The notes: generated by a model from the sequence alone, not told the origin. A stretch of 64,000 nucleotides of DNA from Balanoglossus misakiensis (GCA_040954595.2 CM082585.2:324814-388813), one strand, 5' to 3'; positions 11,889 to 26,100 are shown, counted from the first letter of the stretch. Numbers and translations are program-made.

Positions 11889-13044
11889 CTTGAAACTATA
11901 ACATAAGTCTTTTTAGTAAAACATATCCAGTTATGTGACCATTCTTTGAATTCATTTTATGATGTAAGAAATTAAATTATTTGCAATATTAATCTATCCC
12001 TTACAACATTCCAGCATAACTCTTTCCATATTTGTTTTCATTCTGTGACTGTTCCACTTAAATCTTGTAGAGAATTCGTTATTCCAAAACAAAGCCTTGA
12101 AACTATACATATCCTGTTACGTGACGTTTCTTTGAATTCCATTTATGATGTAAGAAATTAAATTATTTGCAATATTAATCTATTCCTTACAACATTCCGG
12201 CATAACTCTTTCCATATTTGTTTTCATTCTGTAACTGTTCCACTTAAATCTTGTAGAGAATTCGTTATTCCAAAACAAAGCCTTGAAACTATAACATAAG
12301 TCTTTTTAGTAAAACATATCCTGTTATGTGACCATTCTTTGAATTCATTTTATGATGTAAGAAAGTAAATTATTTGCAATATTAATCTATCCCTTACAAC
12401 ATTCCAGCATATCTCTTTCCATATTTGTTTTCATTCTGTGACTGTTCCACTTAAATCTTGTAGAGAATTCGTTATTCCAAAACAAAGCCTTGAAACTATA
12501 CATAAGTCTTTTTGTAAAACATGGCCCGTTATGTGACCATTCTTTGAATTCCATTTATGATGTAAGAAATTAAATTATTTGCAATATTAATCTATCCCTT
12601 ACAACATTCCGGCATTACGCTTTCCATATTTGTTTTCATTCTGTGACTGTTCAACTTAAATCTTGTAGAGAATTCGTTATTCCAAAACAAAGCCTTCAAA
12701 CTATACATATTAAGTCTTTTTAGTAAAACATGGCCCGTTATATGACCATTCTTTGAATTTCATTTATGATGTAAGAAATTAAATTATTTGCAATATATAA
12801 CTATCCCTTACAACATTCCAACATAACTCTTTCCATATTAGTTTTCATTCTGTAACTGTTCCACTTAAATCTTGTAGAGAATTCGTTATTCCAAAACAAA
12901 GCCTTGAAACTATAACATAACTCTTTTTTGTAAAACATATCCAGTTATGTGACCATTCTTTGAATTCATTTTATGATGGAAGAAATTAAATTATTTGCAA
13001 TATTAATCTATCCCTTACAACATTCCAGCATATCTCTTTCCATA

Positions 13045-16000
13045 TTTGTTTTCATTCTGTGACTGTTCCACTTAAATCTTGTAGAGAATTCGTTATTCCA
13101 AAACAAAGCCTTCAAACTATACATATTAAGTCTTTTTAGTAAAACATGGCCCGTTATTTGACCATTCTTTGAATTTCATTTATGATGTAAGAAATTAAAT
13201 TATTTGGAATATTAAACTATCCTTTACAACATTCCAACATAACTATTTGAATATTTGTTTTCATTCTGTGACTGTTCCACTTAAATCTTGTAGAGAATTC
13301 GTTATTCCAAAACAAAGCCTTCAAACTATACATATTAAGTCTTTTTAGTAAAACATGGCCCGTTATTTGACCATTCTTTGAATTTCATTTATGATGTAAG
13401 AAATTAAATTATTTGCAATATTAAACTATCCCTTACAACATTCCAACATAACTATTTGAATATTTGTTTTCATTCTGTAACTGTTCAACTTAAATCTTGG
13501 AGAGAATTCGTTATTCCAAAACAAAGCCTTGAAACTATACATAAGTCTTTTTAGTAAAACATGGCCCATTATGTGACCATTCTTTGAATTCCATTTATGA
13601 TGTAAGAAATTAAATTATTTGCAATATTAATCTATCCCTTACAACATTCCGACATAACTCTTTCCATATTTGTTTTCATTCTGTGACTGTTCCACTTAAA
13701 TCTTGTAGAGAATTCGTTATTCCAAAACAAAGCCTTGAAACTATACATAAGTCTTTTTACTAAAACATGGCCCGTTATGTGACCATTCTTTGAATTCCAT
13801 TTATGATATAAGAAATTAAATTATTTGCAATATTAATCCATCCCTTACAACATTCCGGCATAACTCTTTCTATATTTGTTTTCATTCTGTGACTGTTCCA
13901 CTTAAATCCTGTAGAGAATTCGTTATTCCAAAACAAAGCCTTCAAACTATACATATCCTGTTACGTGACGATTCTTTGAATTCCATTTATGATGTAAGAA
14001 ATTAAATTATTTGCAATATTAATCTATCCCTTACAACATTCCAGCATAACTCTTTCCATATTTGTTTTCATTCTGTGACTGTTCCACTTAAATCTTGTAG
14101 AGAATTCGTTACTCCAAAACAAACGCTTGAAACTATACATATCCTGTTACGTGACCTGTCTTTGAATTCCATTTATGATGTAAGAAATTAATTTTTTTGC
14201 AATATTAATCTATCCCTTACAACATTCCGGCATAACTCTTTCCATATTTGTTTTCATTCTGTGACTGTTCCACTTAAATCTTGTGGAGAATTCTTTATTC
14301 CAAAACAAAGCCTTGAATCTATAACATAAGTCTTTTTAGTAAAACATATCCTGTTATGTGACCATTCTTTGAATTCATTTTATGATGTAAGAAATTAAAT
14401 TATTTGCAATATTAATCTATCCCTTATAACATTCCAGCATAACTCTTTCCATATTTGTTTTCATTCTGTGACTGTTCCACTTAAATCTTGTAGAGAATTC
14501 GTTATTCCAAAACAAAGCCTTGAAACTATACATAAGTCTTTTTACTAAAACATGGCCCGTTATGTGACCATTTTTTGAATTCCATTTATGATATAAGAAA
14601 TTAAATTATTTGCAATATTAATCTATCCCTTACAACATTCAGGCATAACTCTTTCTATATTTGTTTTCATTTTGTCACTGTTCCACTTAAATCTTGTAGA
14701 GAATTTGGTATTTCAACACAAATTCTTGAACCTATACATAAGTCTTTTTAGTAAAACATATCCTGTTATGTGACCATTCTTTGAATTCATTTTATGATGT
14801 AAGAAATTAAATTATTTGCAATATTAATCTATCCCTTATAACATTCCAGCATAACTCTTTCCATATTTGTTTTCATTCTGTGACTGTTCCACTTAAATCT
14901 TGAAGAGAATTCGTTATTCCAAAACAAAGCCTTGAAACTATACATAAGTCTTTTTGTAAAACATGGCCCGTTATGTGACCATTCTTTGAATTCCATTTAT
15001 GATGGAAGAAATTAAATTATTTGCAATATTAATCTATCCCTTACAACATTCCAGCATATCTCTTTCCATATTTGTTTTCATTCTGTGACTGTTCCACTTA
15101 AATCTTGTAGAGAATTCGTTATTCCATAACAAAGCCTTGAAACTATAACATAAGTCTTTTTAGTAAAACATATCCAGTTATGTGACCATTCTTTGAATTC
15201 ATTTTATAATGTAAGAAATTAAATTATTTGCAATATTAATCTATCCCTTACAACATTCCAGCATAACTATTTGAATATTTGTTTTCATTCTGTGACTGTT
15301 CCACTTAAATCTTGTAGAGAATTCGTTATTCCAAAACAAAGCCTTCAAACTATACATATAAAGTCTTTTTAGTAAAACATGGCCCGTTATTTGACCATTC
15401 TTTGAATTTCATTTATGATGTAAGAAATTAAATTATTTGGAATATTAAACTATCCTTTACAACATTCCAACATAACTATTTGAATATTTGTTTTCATTCT
15501 GTGACTGTTCCACTTAAATCTTGTAGAGAATTCGTTATTCCAAAACAAAGCCTTGAAACTATACATATTAAGTCTTTTTAGTAAAACATGGCCCGTTATT
15601 TGACCATTCTTTGAATTTCATTTATGATGTAAGAAATTAAATGATTTGCAATATTAAACTATCCCTTACAACATTCCAACATAACTATTTGAATATTTGT
15701 TTTCATTCTGTAACTGTTCAACTTAAATCTTGGAGAGAATTCGTTATTCCAAAACAAAGCCTTGAAACTATACATAAGTCTTTTTAGTAAAACATGGCCC
15801 ATTATGTGACCATTCTTTGAATTCCATTTATGATGTAAGAAATTAAATTATTTGCAATATTAATCTATCCCTTACAACATTCCGACATAACTCTTTCCAT
15901 ATTTGTTTTCATTCTGTGACTGTTCCACTTAAATCTTGTAGAGAATTCGTTATTCCAAAACAAAGCCTTGAAACTATACATAAGTCTTTTTACTAAAACA

Positions 16001-17171
16001 TGGCCCGTTATGTGACCATTCTTTGAATTCCATTTATGATATAAGAAATTAAATTATTTGCAATATTAATCCATCCCTTACAACATTCCGGCATAACTCT
16101 TTCTATATTTGTTTTCATTCTGTGACTGTTCCACTTAAATCCTGTAGAGAATTCGTTATTCCAAAACAAAGCCTTCAAACTATACATATCCTGTTACGTG
16201 ACGATTCTTTGAATTCCATTTATGATGTAAGAAATTAAATTATTTGCAATATTAATCTATCCCTTACAACATTCCAGCATAACTCTTTCCATATTTGTTT
16301 TCATTCTGTGACTGTTCCACTTAAATCTTGTAGAGAATTCGTTACTCCAAAACAAACGCTTGAAACTATACATATCCTGTTACGTGACCTGTCTTTGAAT
16401 TCCATTTATGATGTAAGAAATTAAATTTTTTGCAATATTAATCTATCCCTTACAACATTCCGGCATAACTCTTTCCATATTTGTTTTCATTCTGTGACTG
16501 TTCTACTTAAATCTTGTGGAGAATTCTTTATTCCAAAACAAAGCCTTGAATCTATAACATAAGTCTTTTTAGTAAAACATATCCTGTTATGTGACCATTC
16601 TTTGAATTGATTTTATGATGTAAGAAATTAAATTATTTGCAATATTAATCTACCCCTTATAACATTCCAGCATAACTCTTTCCATATTTGTTTTCATTCT
16701 GTGACTGTTCCACTTAAATCTTGTAGAGAATTCGTTATTCCAAAACAAAGCCTTGAAACTATACATAAGTCTTTTTACTAAAACATGGCCCGTTATGTGA
16801 CCATTTTTTGAATTCCATTTATGATATAAGAAATTAAATTATTTGCAATATTAATCTATCCCTTACAACATTCAGGCATAACTCTTTCTATATTTGTTTT
16901 CATTTTGTGACTGTTCCACTTAAATCTTGTAGAGAATTTGGTATTTCAACACAAATTCTTGAACCTATACATAAGTCTTTTTAGTAAAACATATCCTGTT
17001 ATGTGACCATTCTTTGAATTCATTTTATGATGTAAGAAATTAAATTATTTGCAATATTAATCTATCCCTTATAACATTCCAGCATAACTCTTTCCATATT
17101 TGTTTTCATTCTGTGACTGTTCCACTTAAATCTTGTAGAGAATTCGTTATTCCAAAACAAAGCCTTGAAAC
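13045..17171 (+). repeat. Local duplication with 2,233-bp period (11 monomers); boundaries approximate
   Basis: Markers TATTTGGAAT at 13201/15434 and AAACGCTTGA at 14121/16354. Confidence 0.85.
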
Positions 17172-20100
17172 GATACATATCCTGTTACGTGACGTTTCTT
17201 TGAATTCCATTTATGATGTAAGAAATTAAATTATTTGCAATATTAATCTATTCCTTACAACATTCCGGCATAACTCTTTCCATATTTGTTTTCATTCTGT
17301 GACTGTTCCACTTAAATCTTGTAGAGAATTCGTTATTCCAAAACAAAGCCTTGAAACTATAACATAAGTCTTTTTAGTAAAACATATCCTGTTATGTGAC
17401 CATTCTTTGAATTTATTTTATGATGTAAGAAATTAAATTATTTGCAATATTAATCTATCCTTTATAACATTCCAGCATAACTCTTTCCATATTTGTTTTC
17501 ATTCTGTGACTGTTCCACTTAAATCTTGTAGAGAATTCGTTATTCCAAAACAAAGCCTTGTAACTATACATAAGTCTTTTTAGTAAAACATATCCTGTTA
17601 TGTGACCATTCTTTGAATTCATTTTATGATGTAAGAAATTAAATTAATTGCAATATTAATCTATCCCTTACAACATTCCAGCATAACTCTTTCCATATTT
17701 GTTTTCATTCTGTGACTGTTCCACTTAAATCCTGTAGAGAATTCGTTATTCCAAAACAAAGCCTTGAAACTATACATATTAAGTCTTTTTGTAAAACATG
17801 GCCCGTTATGTGACCATTCTTTGAATTCCATTTATGATGTAAGAAATTAAATTATTTGCAATATTAAACTATCCCTTACAACATTCTGGCATAACTAATT
17901 GAATATTTGTTTTCATTCTGTTACTGTTCAACTTAAATCTTGGAGAGAATTCGTTATTCCAAAACAAAGCCTTGAAACTATACATAAGTCTTTTTACTAA
18001 AACATGGCCCGTTATGTGACCATTCTTTGAATTCCATTTATGATATAAGAAATTAAATTATTTGCAATATTAATCTATCCCTTACAACATTCAGGCATAA
18101 CTCTTTCTATATTTGTTTTCATTCTGTGACTGTTCCACTTAAATCTTGTAGAGAATTCGTTATTCCAAAACAAAGCCTTGAATCTATAACATAAGTCTTT
18201 TTAGTAAAACATATCCTGTTATGTGACCATTCTTTGAATTCATTTTATGATGTAAGAAATTAAATTATTTGCAATATTAATCTATCCCTTACAACATTCC
18301 AGCATAACTCTTTCCATATTTGTTTTCATTCTGTGACTGTTCCACTTAAATCTTGTAGAGAATTCGTTACTCCAAAACAAACGCTTGAAACTATACATAT
18401 CCTGTTACGTGACCTGTCTTTGAATTCCATTTATGATGTAAGAAATTAATTTTTTTGCAATATTAATCTATCCCTTACAACATTCCGGCATAACTCTTTC
18501 CATATTTGTTTTCATTCTGTGACTGTTCCACTTAAATCTTGTGGAGAATTCGTTATTCCAAAACAAAGCCTTGAATCTATAACATAAGTCTTTTTAGTAA
18601 AACATATCCTGTTATGTGACCATTCTTTGAATTCATTTTATGATGTAAGAAATTAAATTATTTGCAATATTAATCTATCCCTTATAACATTCCAGCATAA
18701 CTCTTTCCATATTTGTTTTCATTCTGTGACTGTTCCACTTAAATCTTGTAGAGAATTCGTTACTCCAAAAAAAGTCTTGAAACTATACATATCCTGTTAC
18801 ATGACCTGTCTTTGAATTCCATTTATGATATAAGAAATTAAATTATTTGCAATATTAATCTATCCCTTATAACATTCCAGCATAACTCTTTCCATATTTG
18901 TTTTCATTCTGTGACTGTTCCACTTAAATCTTGTAGAGAATTCGTTATTCCAAAACAAAGCCTTGTAACTATACATAAGTCTTTTTAGTAAAACATATCC
19001 TCTTATGTGACCATTCTTTGAATTCATTTTATGATGTAAGAAATTAAATTATTTGCAATATTAATCTATCCCTTACAATATTCCAGCATAACTCTTTCCA
19101 TATTTGTTTTCATTCTGTGACTGTTCCACTTAAATCCTGTAGAGAATTTGGTATTTCAACACAAATTCTTGAACCTATACATAAGTCTTTTTAGTAAAAC
19201 ATATCCTGTTAGGTGACCATTATTTGAATTCCATTTATGATGTAAGAAATTAAATTGTATGCAATATTAATCTATCCCTTACAACATTTCAGCATAACTC
19301 TTTCCATATTTGTTTTCATTCTGTGACTGTTCCACTTCAATCTTGTAGAGAATTCATTACTCCAAAACAAAGGCTTGAAACTATACATATCCTGTTACGT
19401 GACCTGTCTTTGAATTCCATTTATGATGTAAGAAATTAAATTTTTTGCAATATTAATCTATCCCTTACAACATTCCGGCATAACTCTTTCCATGTTTGTT
19501 TTCATTCTGTGACTGTTCCACTTAAATCTTGTAGAGAATTCGTTATTCCAAAACAAAGCCTTGAATCTATAACATAAGTCTTTTTAGTAAAACATATCCT
19601 GTTATGTGACCATTCTTTGAATTCATTTTATGATGTAAGAAATTAAATTATTTGCAATATTAATCTATCCCTTATAACATTCCAGCATAACTCTTTCCAT
19701 ATTTGTTTTCATTCTGTGACTGTTCCACTTAAATCTTGTAGAGAATTCGTTATTCCAAAACAAAGCCTTGTAACTATACATAAGTCTATTTAGTAAAACA
19801 TATCCTGTTATGTGATCATTCTTTGAATTCATTTTATGATGTAAGAAATTAAATTATTTGCAATATTAATCTATCCCTTACAACATTCCAGCATAACTCT
19901 TTCCATATTTGTTTTCATTCTGTGACTGTTCCACTTAAATCCTGTAGAGAATTCGTTATTCCAAAACAAAGCCTTGAAACTATACAAAAGTCTTTTTGTA
20001 AAACATGTCCCGTTATGTGACCATTCTTTGAATTCCATTTATGATGTAAGAAATTAAATTATTTGCAATATTAATCTATCCCTTACAACATTCTGGCATA

Positions 20101-23100
20101 ACTATTTGAATATTTGTTTTCATTCTGTAACTGTTCAACTTAAATCTTGGAGAGAATTCGTTATTCCAAAACAAAGCCTTGAAACTATACATAAGTCTTT
20201 TTAGTAAAACAGGGCCCGTTATTTGACCATTCTTTGAATTTCATTTATGATGTAAGAAATTAAATTATTTGCAATATTAAACTATCCCTTACAACATTCC
20301 AACATAACTATTTGAATATTTGTTTTCATTCTGTGACTGTTCAACTTAAATCTTGGAGAGAATTCGTTATTCCAAAACAAAGCCTTGAAACTATACATAA
20401 GTCTTTTTACTAAAACATGGCCCGTTATGTGACCATTCTTTGAATTCCATTTATGATATAAGAAATTAAATTATTTGCAATATTAATCTATCCCTTACAA
20501 CATTCAGGCATACATTTTTCTATATTTGTTTTCATTCTGTGACTGTTCCACTTAAATCTTGTAGAGAATTTGGTATTTCAACACAAATTCTTGAACCTAT
20601 ACATAAGTCTTTTTAGTAAAACATATCCTGTTATGTGACCATTATTTGAATTCCATTTATGATGTAAGGAATTAAATTGTATGCAATATTAATCTATCCC
20701 TTACAACATTTCAGCATAACTCTTTCCATATTTGTTTTCATTCTGTGACTGTTCCACTTAAATCTTGTAGAGAATTCGTTACTCCAAACCAAAGGCTTGA
20801 AACTATACATATCCTGTTACGTGACCTGTCTTTGAATTCCATTTATGATGTAAGAAATTAAATTTTTTGCAATATTAATCTATCCCTTACAACATTCCAG
20901 CATAACTCTTTCCATATTTGTTTTCATTCTGTGACTGTTCCACTTAAATCTTGTAGAGAATTCGTTATTCCAAAACAAAGCCTTCAAACTATACATATTA
21001 AGTCTTTTTAGTAAATAGGGCCCGTTATTTGACCATTCTTTGAATTTCATTTATGATGTAAGAAATTAAATTATTTGCAATATTAATCTATCCCTTACTA
21101 CATTCCGGCATAACGCTTTCCATATTTGTTTTCATTCTGTAACTGTTCCACTTAAATCTTGTAGAGAATTCGTTATTCCAAAAAAAAAGCCTTGAAACTA
21201 TATATGAGTCTTTTTAGTAAAACATGGCCCGTGATTTGACCATTCTTTGAATTTCATTTATGATGTAAGAAATTAAATTATTTGCAATATTAAACTATCC
21301 CTTACAACATTCCAGCATAACTATTTGAATATTTCTTTTCATTCTGTAACTGTTCAACTTAAATCTTGTAGAGAATTCGTTATTCCAAAAACAAAGCCTT
21401 GAAACTATACATAAGTCTTTTTACTAAAACATGGCCCGTTATGTGACCATTCTTTGAATTCCATTTATGATATAAGAAATTAAATTATTTGCAATATTAA
21501 TCTATCCCTTACAACATTCCGGCATAACTCTTTCTATATTTGTTTTCATTCCGTGACTGTTCCACTTAAATCTTGTAGAGAATTTGGTATTTCAACATAA
21601 ATTCTTGAACCTATACATAAGTCTTTTTAGTAAAACATATCCAGTTATGTGACCATTCTTTGAATTCCATTTATGATGTAAGAAATTAAATTTTATGCAA
21701 TGTTAATCTATCCCTTACAACATTTCAGCATAACTCTTTCCATATTTGTTTTCATTCTGTGAGTGTTCCACTTAAATCTTGTAGAGAATTCGTTACTCCA
21801 AAACAAAGGCTTAAAAACTATACATATCATGTTACGTGACCTTTCTTTGAATTCCATTTATGATGTAAGAAATTAAATTTTTTGCAATATTAATCTATCC
21901 CTTACAACATTCCAGCATAACTATTTCCATATTTGTTTTCATTCTGTGACTGTTCCACTTAAATCTTGTAGAGAATTCGTTATTCCAAAACAAAGCCTTG
22001 AAACTATACATATCCTGTTACGTGACGTTTCTTTGAATTCCATTTATGATGTAAGAAATTAAATTATTTGCAATATTACTCTATTCCTTACAACATTCCG
22101 GCATAACTCTTTCCATATTTGTTTTCATTCTGTGACTGTTCCACTTAAATCTTGTAGAGAATTCGTTATTCCAAAACAAAGCCTTGAAACTATAACATAA
22201 GTCTTTTTAGTAAAACATATCCTGTTATGTGACCATTCTTTGAATTCATTTTATGATGTAAGAAATTAAATTATTTGCAATATTAATCTATCCCTTACTA
22301 CATTCCGGCATAACGCTTTCCATATTTGTTTTCATTCTGTGACTGTTCCACTTAAATCTTGTAGAGAATTCGTTATTCCAAAACAAAGCCTTGAAACTAT
22401 AACATAAGTCTTTTTAGAAAAACATATCCAGTTATGTGACCATTCTTTGAATTCCATTTATGATGTAAGAAATTAAATTTTATGCAATGTTAATCTATCC
22501 CTTACAACATTTCAGCATAACTCTTTCCATATTTGTTTTCATTCTGTGACTGTTCCACTTAAATCTTGTAGAGAATTCGTTACTCCAAAACAGAGGCCTG
22601 AAACTATACATATCCTGTTACGTGACCTTTCTTTGAATTCCATTTATGATGTAAGAAATTAAATTATTTGCAATATTAATCTATTCCTTACAACATTCCG
22701 GCATAACTCTTTCCATATTTGTTTTCATTCTGTGACTGTTCCACTTAAATCTTGTAGAGAATTCGTTATTCCAAAACAAAGCCTTGAAACTATAACATAA
22801 GTCTTTTTAGTAAAACATATCATGTTATGTGACCATTCTTTGAATTCATTTGATGATGTAAGAAATTAAATTATTTGCAATATTAATCTATCCCTTACAA
22901 CATTCCAGCATAACTCTTTCCATATTTGTTTTCATTCTGTGACTATTCCACTTAAATCTTGTAGAGAATTCGTTATTCCAAAACAAAACCTTGAAACTAT
23001 ACATAAGTCTTTTTAGTAAAACATGGCCCGTTATGTGATCATTCTTTGAATTTGATTTATGATGTAAGAAATTAAATTATTTGCAATATTAAACTATCTC

Positions 23101-26100
23101 TTACAACATTCCAGCATAACTCTTTCCATATTTGTTTTCATTCTGTGACTGTTCCACTTAAATCTTGTAGAGAATTCGTTATTCCAAAACAAAGCCTTGA
23201 AACTATAACATAAGTCTTTTTAGTAAAACATATCCTGTTATGTGACCATTCTTTGAATTCAATTTATGATGTAAGAAATTAAATTATTTGCAATATTAAT
23301 CTATCCCTTACAACATTCCAGCATAACTCTTTCCATATTTGTTTTCATTCTGTGACTATTCCACTTAAATCTTGTAGAGAATTCGTTATTCCAAAACAAA
23401 ACCTTGAAACTATAAATAAGTCTTTTTAGTAAAACATGGCCCGTTATGTGACCATTCTTTGAATTTGATTTATGATGTAAGAAATTAAATTATTTGCAAT
23501 ATTAAACTATCTCTTACAACATTCCAGCATAACTCTTTCCATATTTGTTTTCATTCTGTGACTGTTCCACTTAAATCTTGTAGAGAATTCGTTATTCCAA
23601 AACAAAGCCTTGAAACTATAACATAAGTCTTTTTAGTAAAACATATCCTGTTTTGTGACCATTCTTTGAATTCAATTTATGATGTAAGAAATTAAATTAT
23701 TTGCAATATTAATCTATCCCTTACAACATTCCAGCATAACTCTTTCCATATTTGTTTTCATTCTGTGACTATTCCACTTAAATCTTGTAGAGAATTCGTT
23801 ATTACAAAACAAAACCTTGAAACTATACATAAGTCTTTTTAGTAAAACATGGCCCGTTATGTGACCATTCTTTGAATTCCATTTATGATGTAAGAAATTA
23901 AATTATTTGCAATATTAATCTATCCCTTACAACATTTCAGCATAACTCTTTCCATATTTGTTTTCATTCTGTGACTTTTCCACTTAAATCTTGTAGAGAA
24001 TTTGGTATTTCAACACAAATTCTTGAACTTATACATATCCTGTTACGTGACCTTTCTTTGAATTCCATTTATGATGTCAGAAATTAAATTATTTGCAATA
24101 TTAATCTATTCCTTACAACATTCCGGCATAACTCTTTCCATACTTGTTTTCATTCTGTGACTGTTCCACTTAAATCTTGTAGAGAATTCGTTATTCCAAA
24201 ACAAAGCCTTGAAACTATAACATAAGTCTTTTTAGTAAAACATATCCTGTTATGTGACCATTCTTTGAATTCATTTTATGATGTAAGAAATTAAATTATT
24301 TGCAATATTAATCTATCCCTTACAACATTCCAGCATAACGCTTTCCATATTTATTTTCATTCTGTGACTGTTCCACTAAAATCTTGTAGAGAATTCGTTA
24401 TTCCAAAACAAAGCCTTGAAACTATAACATAAGTCTTTTTAGTAAAACATATCCTGTTATGTGACCATTCTTTGAATTCATTTTATGATGTAAGAAATTA
24501 AATTATTTGCAATATTAATCTATCCCTTACAACATTCCAGCATAACTCTGTCCATATTTGTTTTCATTCTGTGACTATTCCACTTAAATCTTGTAGAGAA
24601 TTCGTTATTCCAAAACAAAACCTTGAAGCTATACATAAGTCTTTTTAGTAAAACATGGCCCGTTATGTGACCATTCTTTGAATTTCATTTATGATGTAAG
24701 AAATTAAATTATTTGCAATATTAAACTATCCCTTACAACATTCCAGCATAACTATATGAATATTTGTTTTCATTCTGTAACTGTTCAACTTAAATCTTGG
24801 AGAGAATTCGTTATTCCAAACAAAGCCTTGAAACTATACATAAGTCTTTTTAGTAAAACATGGCCCGTTATTTGACCATTCTTTGAATTTCATTTATGAT
24901 GTAAGAAATTAAATTATTTGCAATATTAATCTATTCCTTACAACATTCCGGCATAACTCTTTCCATATTTGTTTTCATTCTGTGACTGTTCCACTTAAAT
25001 CTTGTAGAGAATTCGTTATTCCAAAACAAAGCCTTGAAACTATAACATAAGTCTTTTTAGTAAAACATATCCTGTTATGTGACCATTCTTTGAATTCATT
25101 TTATGATGTAAGAAATTAAATTATTTGCAATATTAATCTATCCCTTACAACATTCCAGCATAACTCTTTCCATATTTGTTTTCATTCTATGACTGTTCCA
25201 CTTAAATCTTGTAGAGAATTCGTTATTCCAAAACAAAGCCTTGAAACTATACATAAGTCTTTTTAGTAAAACATGGCCCGTTATGTGACCATTCTTTGAA
25301 TTCCATTTATGATGTAAGAAATTAAATTATTTGCAATATTAATCTATCCCTTACAACATTTCAGCATAACTCTTTCCATATTTGTTTTCATTCTGTGACT
25401 GCATGTTCCACTTAAATCTTGTAGAGAATTCGTTACTCCAAAACAAAGCCTTGAAACTATACATATCCTGTTACGTGACGTTTCTTTGAATTCCATTTAT
25501 GATGTAAGAAATTAAATTATTTGCAATATTAAACTATCATTTACAACATTCCAGCATAACTATTTGAATAATTGTTTTCATTCTGTGACTGTTCCACTTA
25601 AATCTTGTAGAGAATTCGTTATTTCAAAACAAAGCCTTGAAACTATACATATCCTGTTACGTGACGTTTCTATGAATTCCATTTATGATGTAAGAAATTA
25701 AATTATTTGCAATATTAATCTATTCCTTACAACATTCCGGCATAACTCTTTCCATATTTGTTTTCATTCTGTGACTGTTCCACTTAAATCTTGTAGAGAA
25801 TTCGTTATTCCAAAACAAAGCCTTGAAACTATAACATAAGTCTTTTTAGTAAAACATATCCTGTTATGTGACCATTCTTTGAATTCATTTTATGATGTAA
25901 GAAATTAAATTATTTGTAATATTAATCTATCCCTTACAACATTCTGGCATAACGCTTTCCATATTTGTTTTCATTCTGTGACTGTTCCACTTAATTCTTG
26001 TAGAGAATTCGTTATTCCAAAACAACGCCTTGAAACTATATATAAATCTTTTTAGTGATGACCATTCTTTGAATTTCATTTATGATGTAAGAAATTAAAT

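Larger units (their letters stand above)
521..12200 (+). repeat. Recent 5,840-bp tandem duplication (unit 1 ~521-6360, unit 2 ~6361-12200) containing satellite monomers plus the transposon
   Basis: Private variants recur at exactly +5840, e.g. CATATTAGTTTTCAATCT at 533 and 6373. The ORF track is also identical at +5840 (4915/10755, 5506/11346). Identity breaks just before 521 (TTCCAA vs TTCCGG) and after 6378/12218. Confidence 0.95.
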
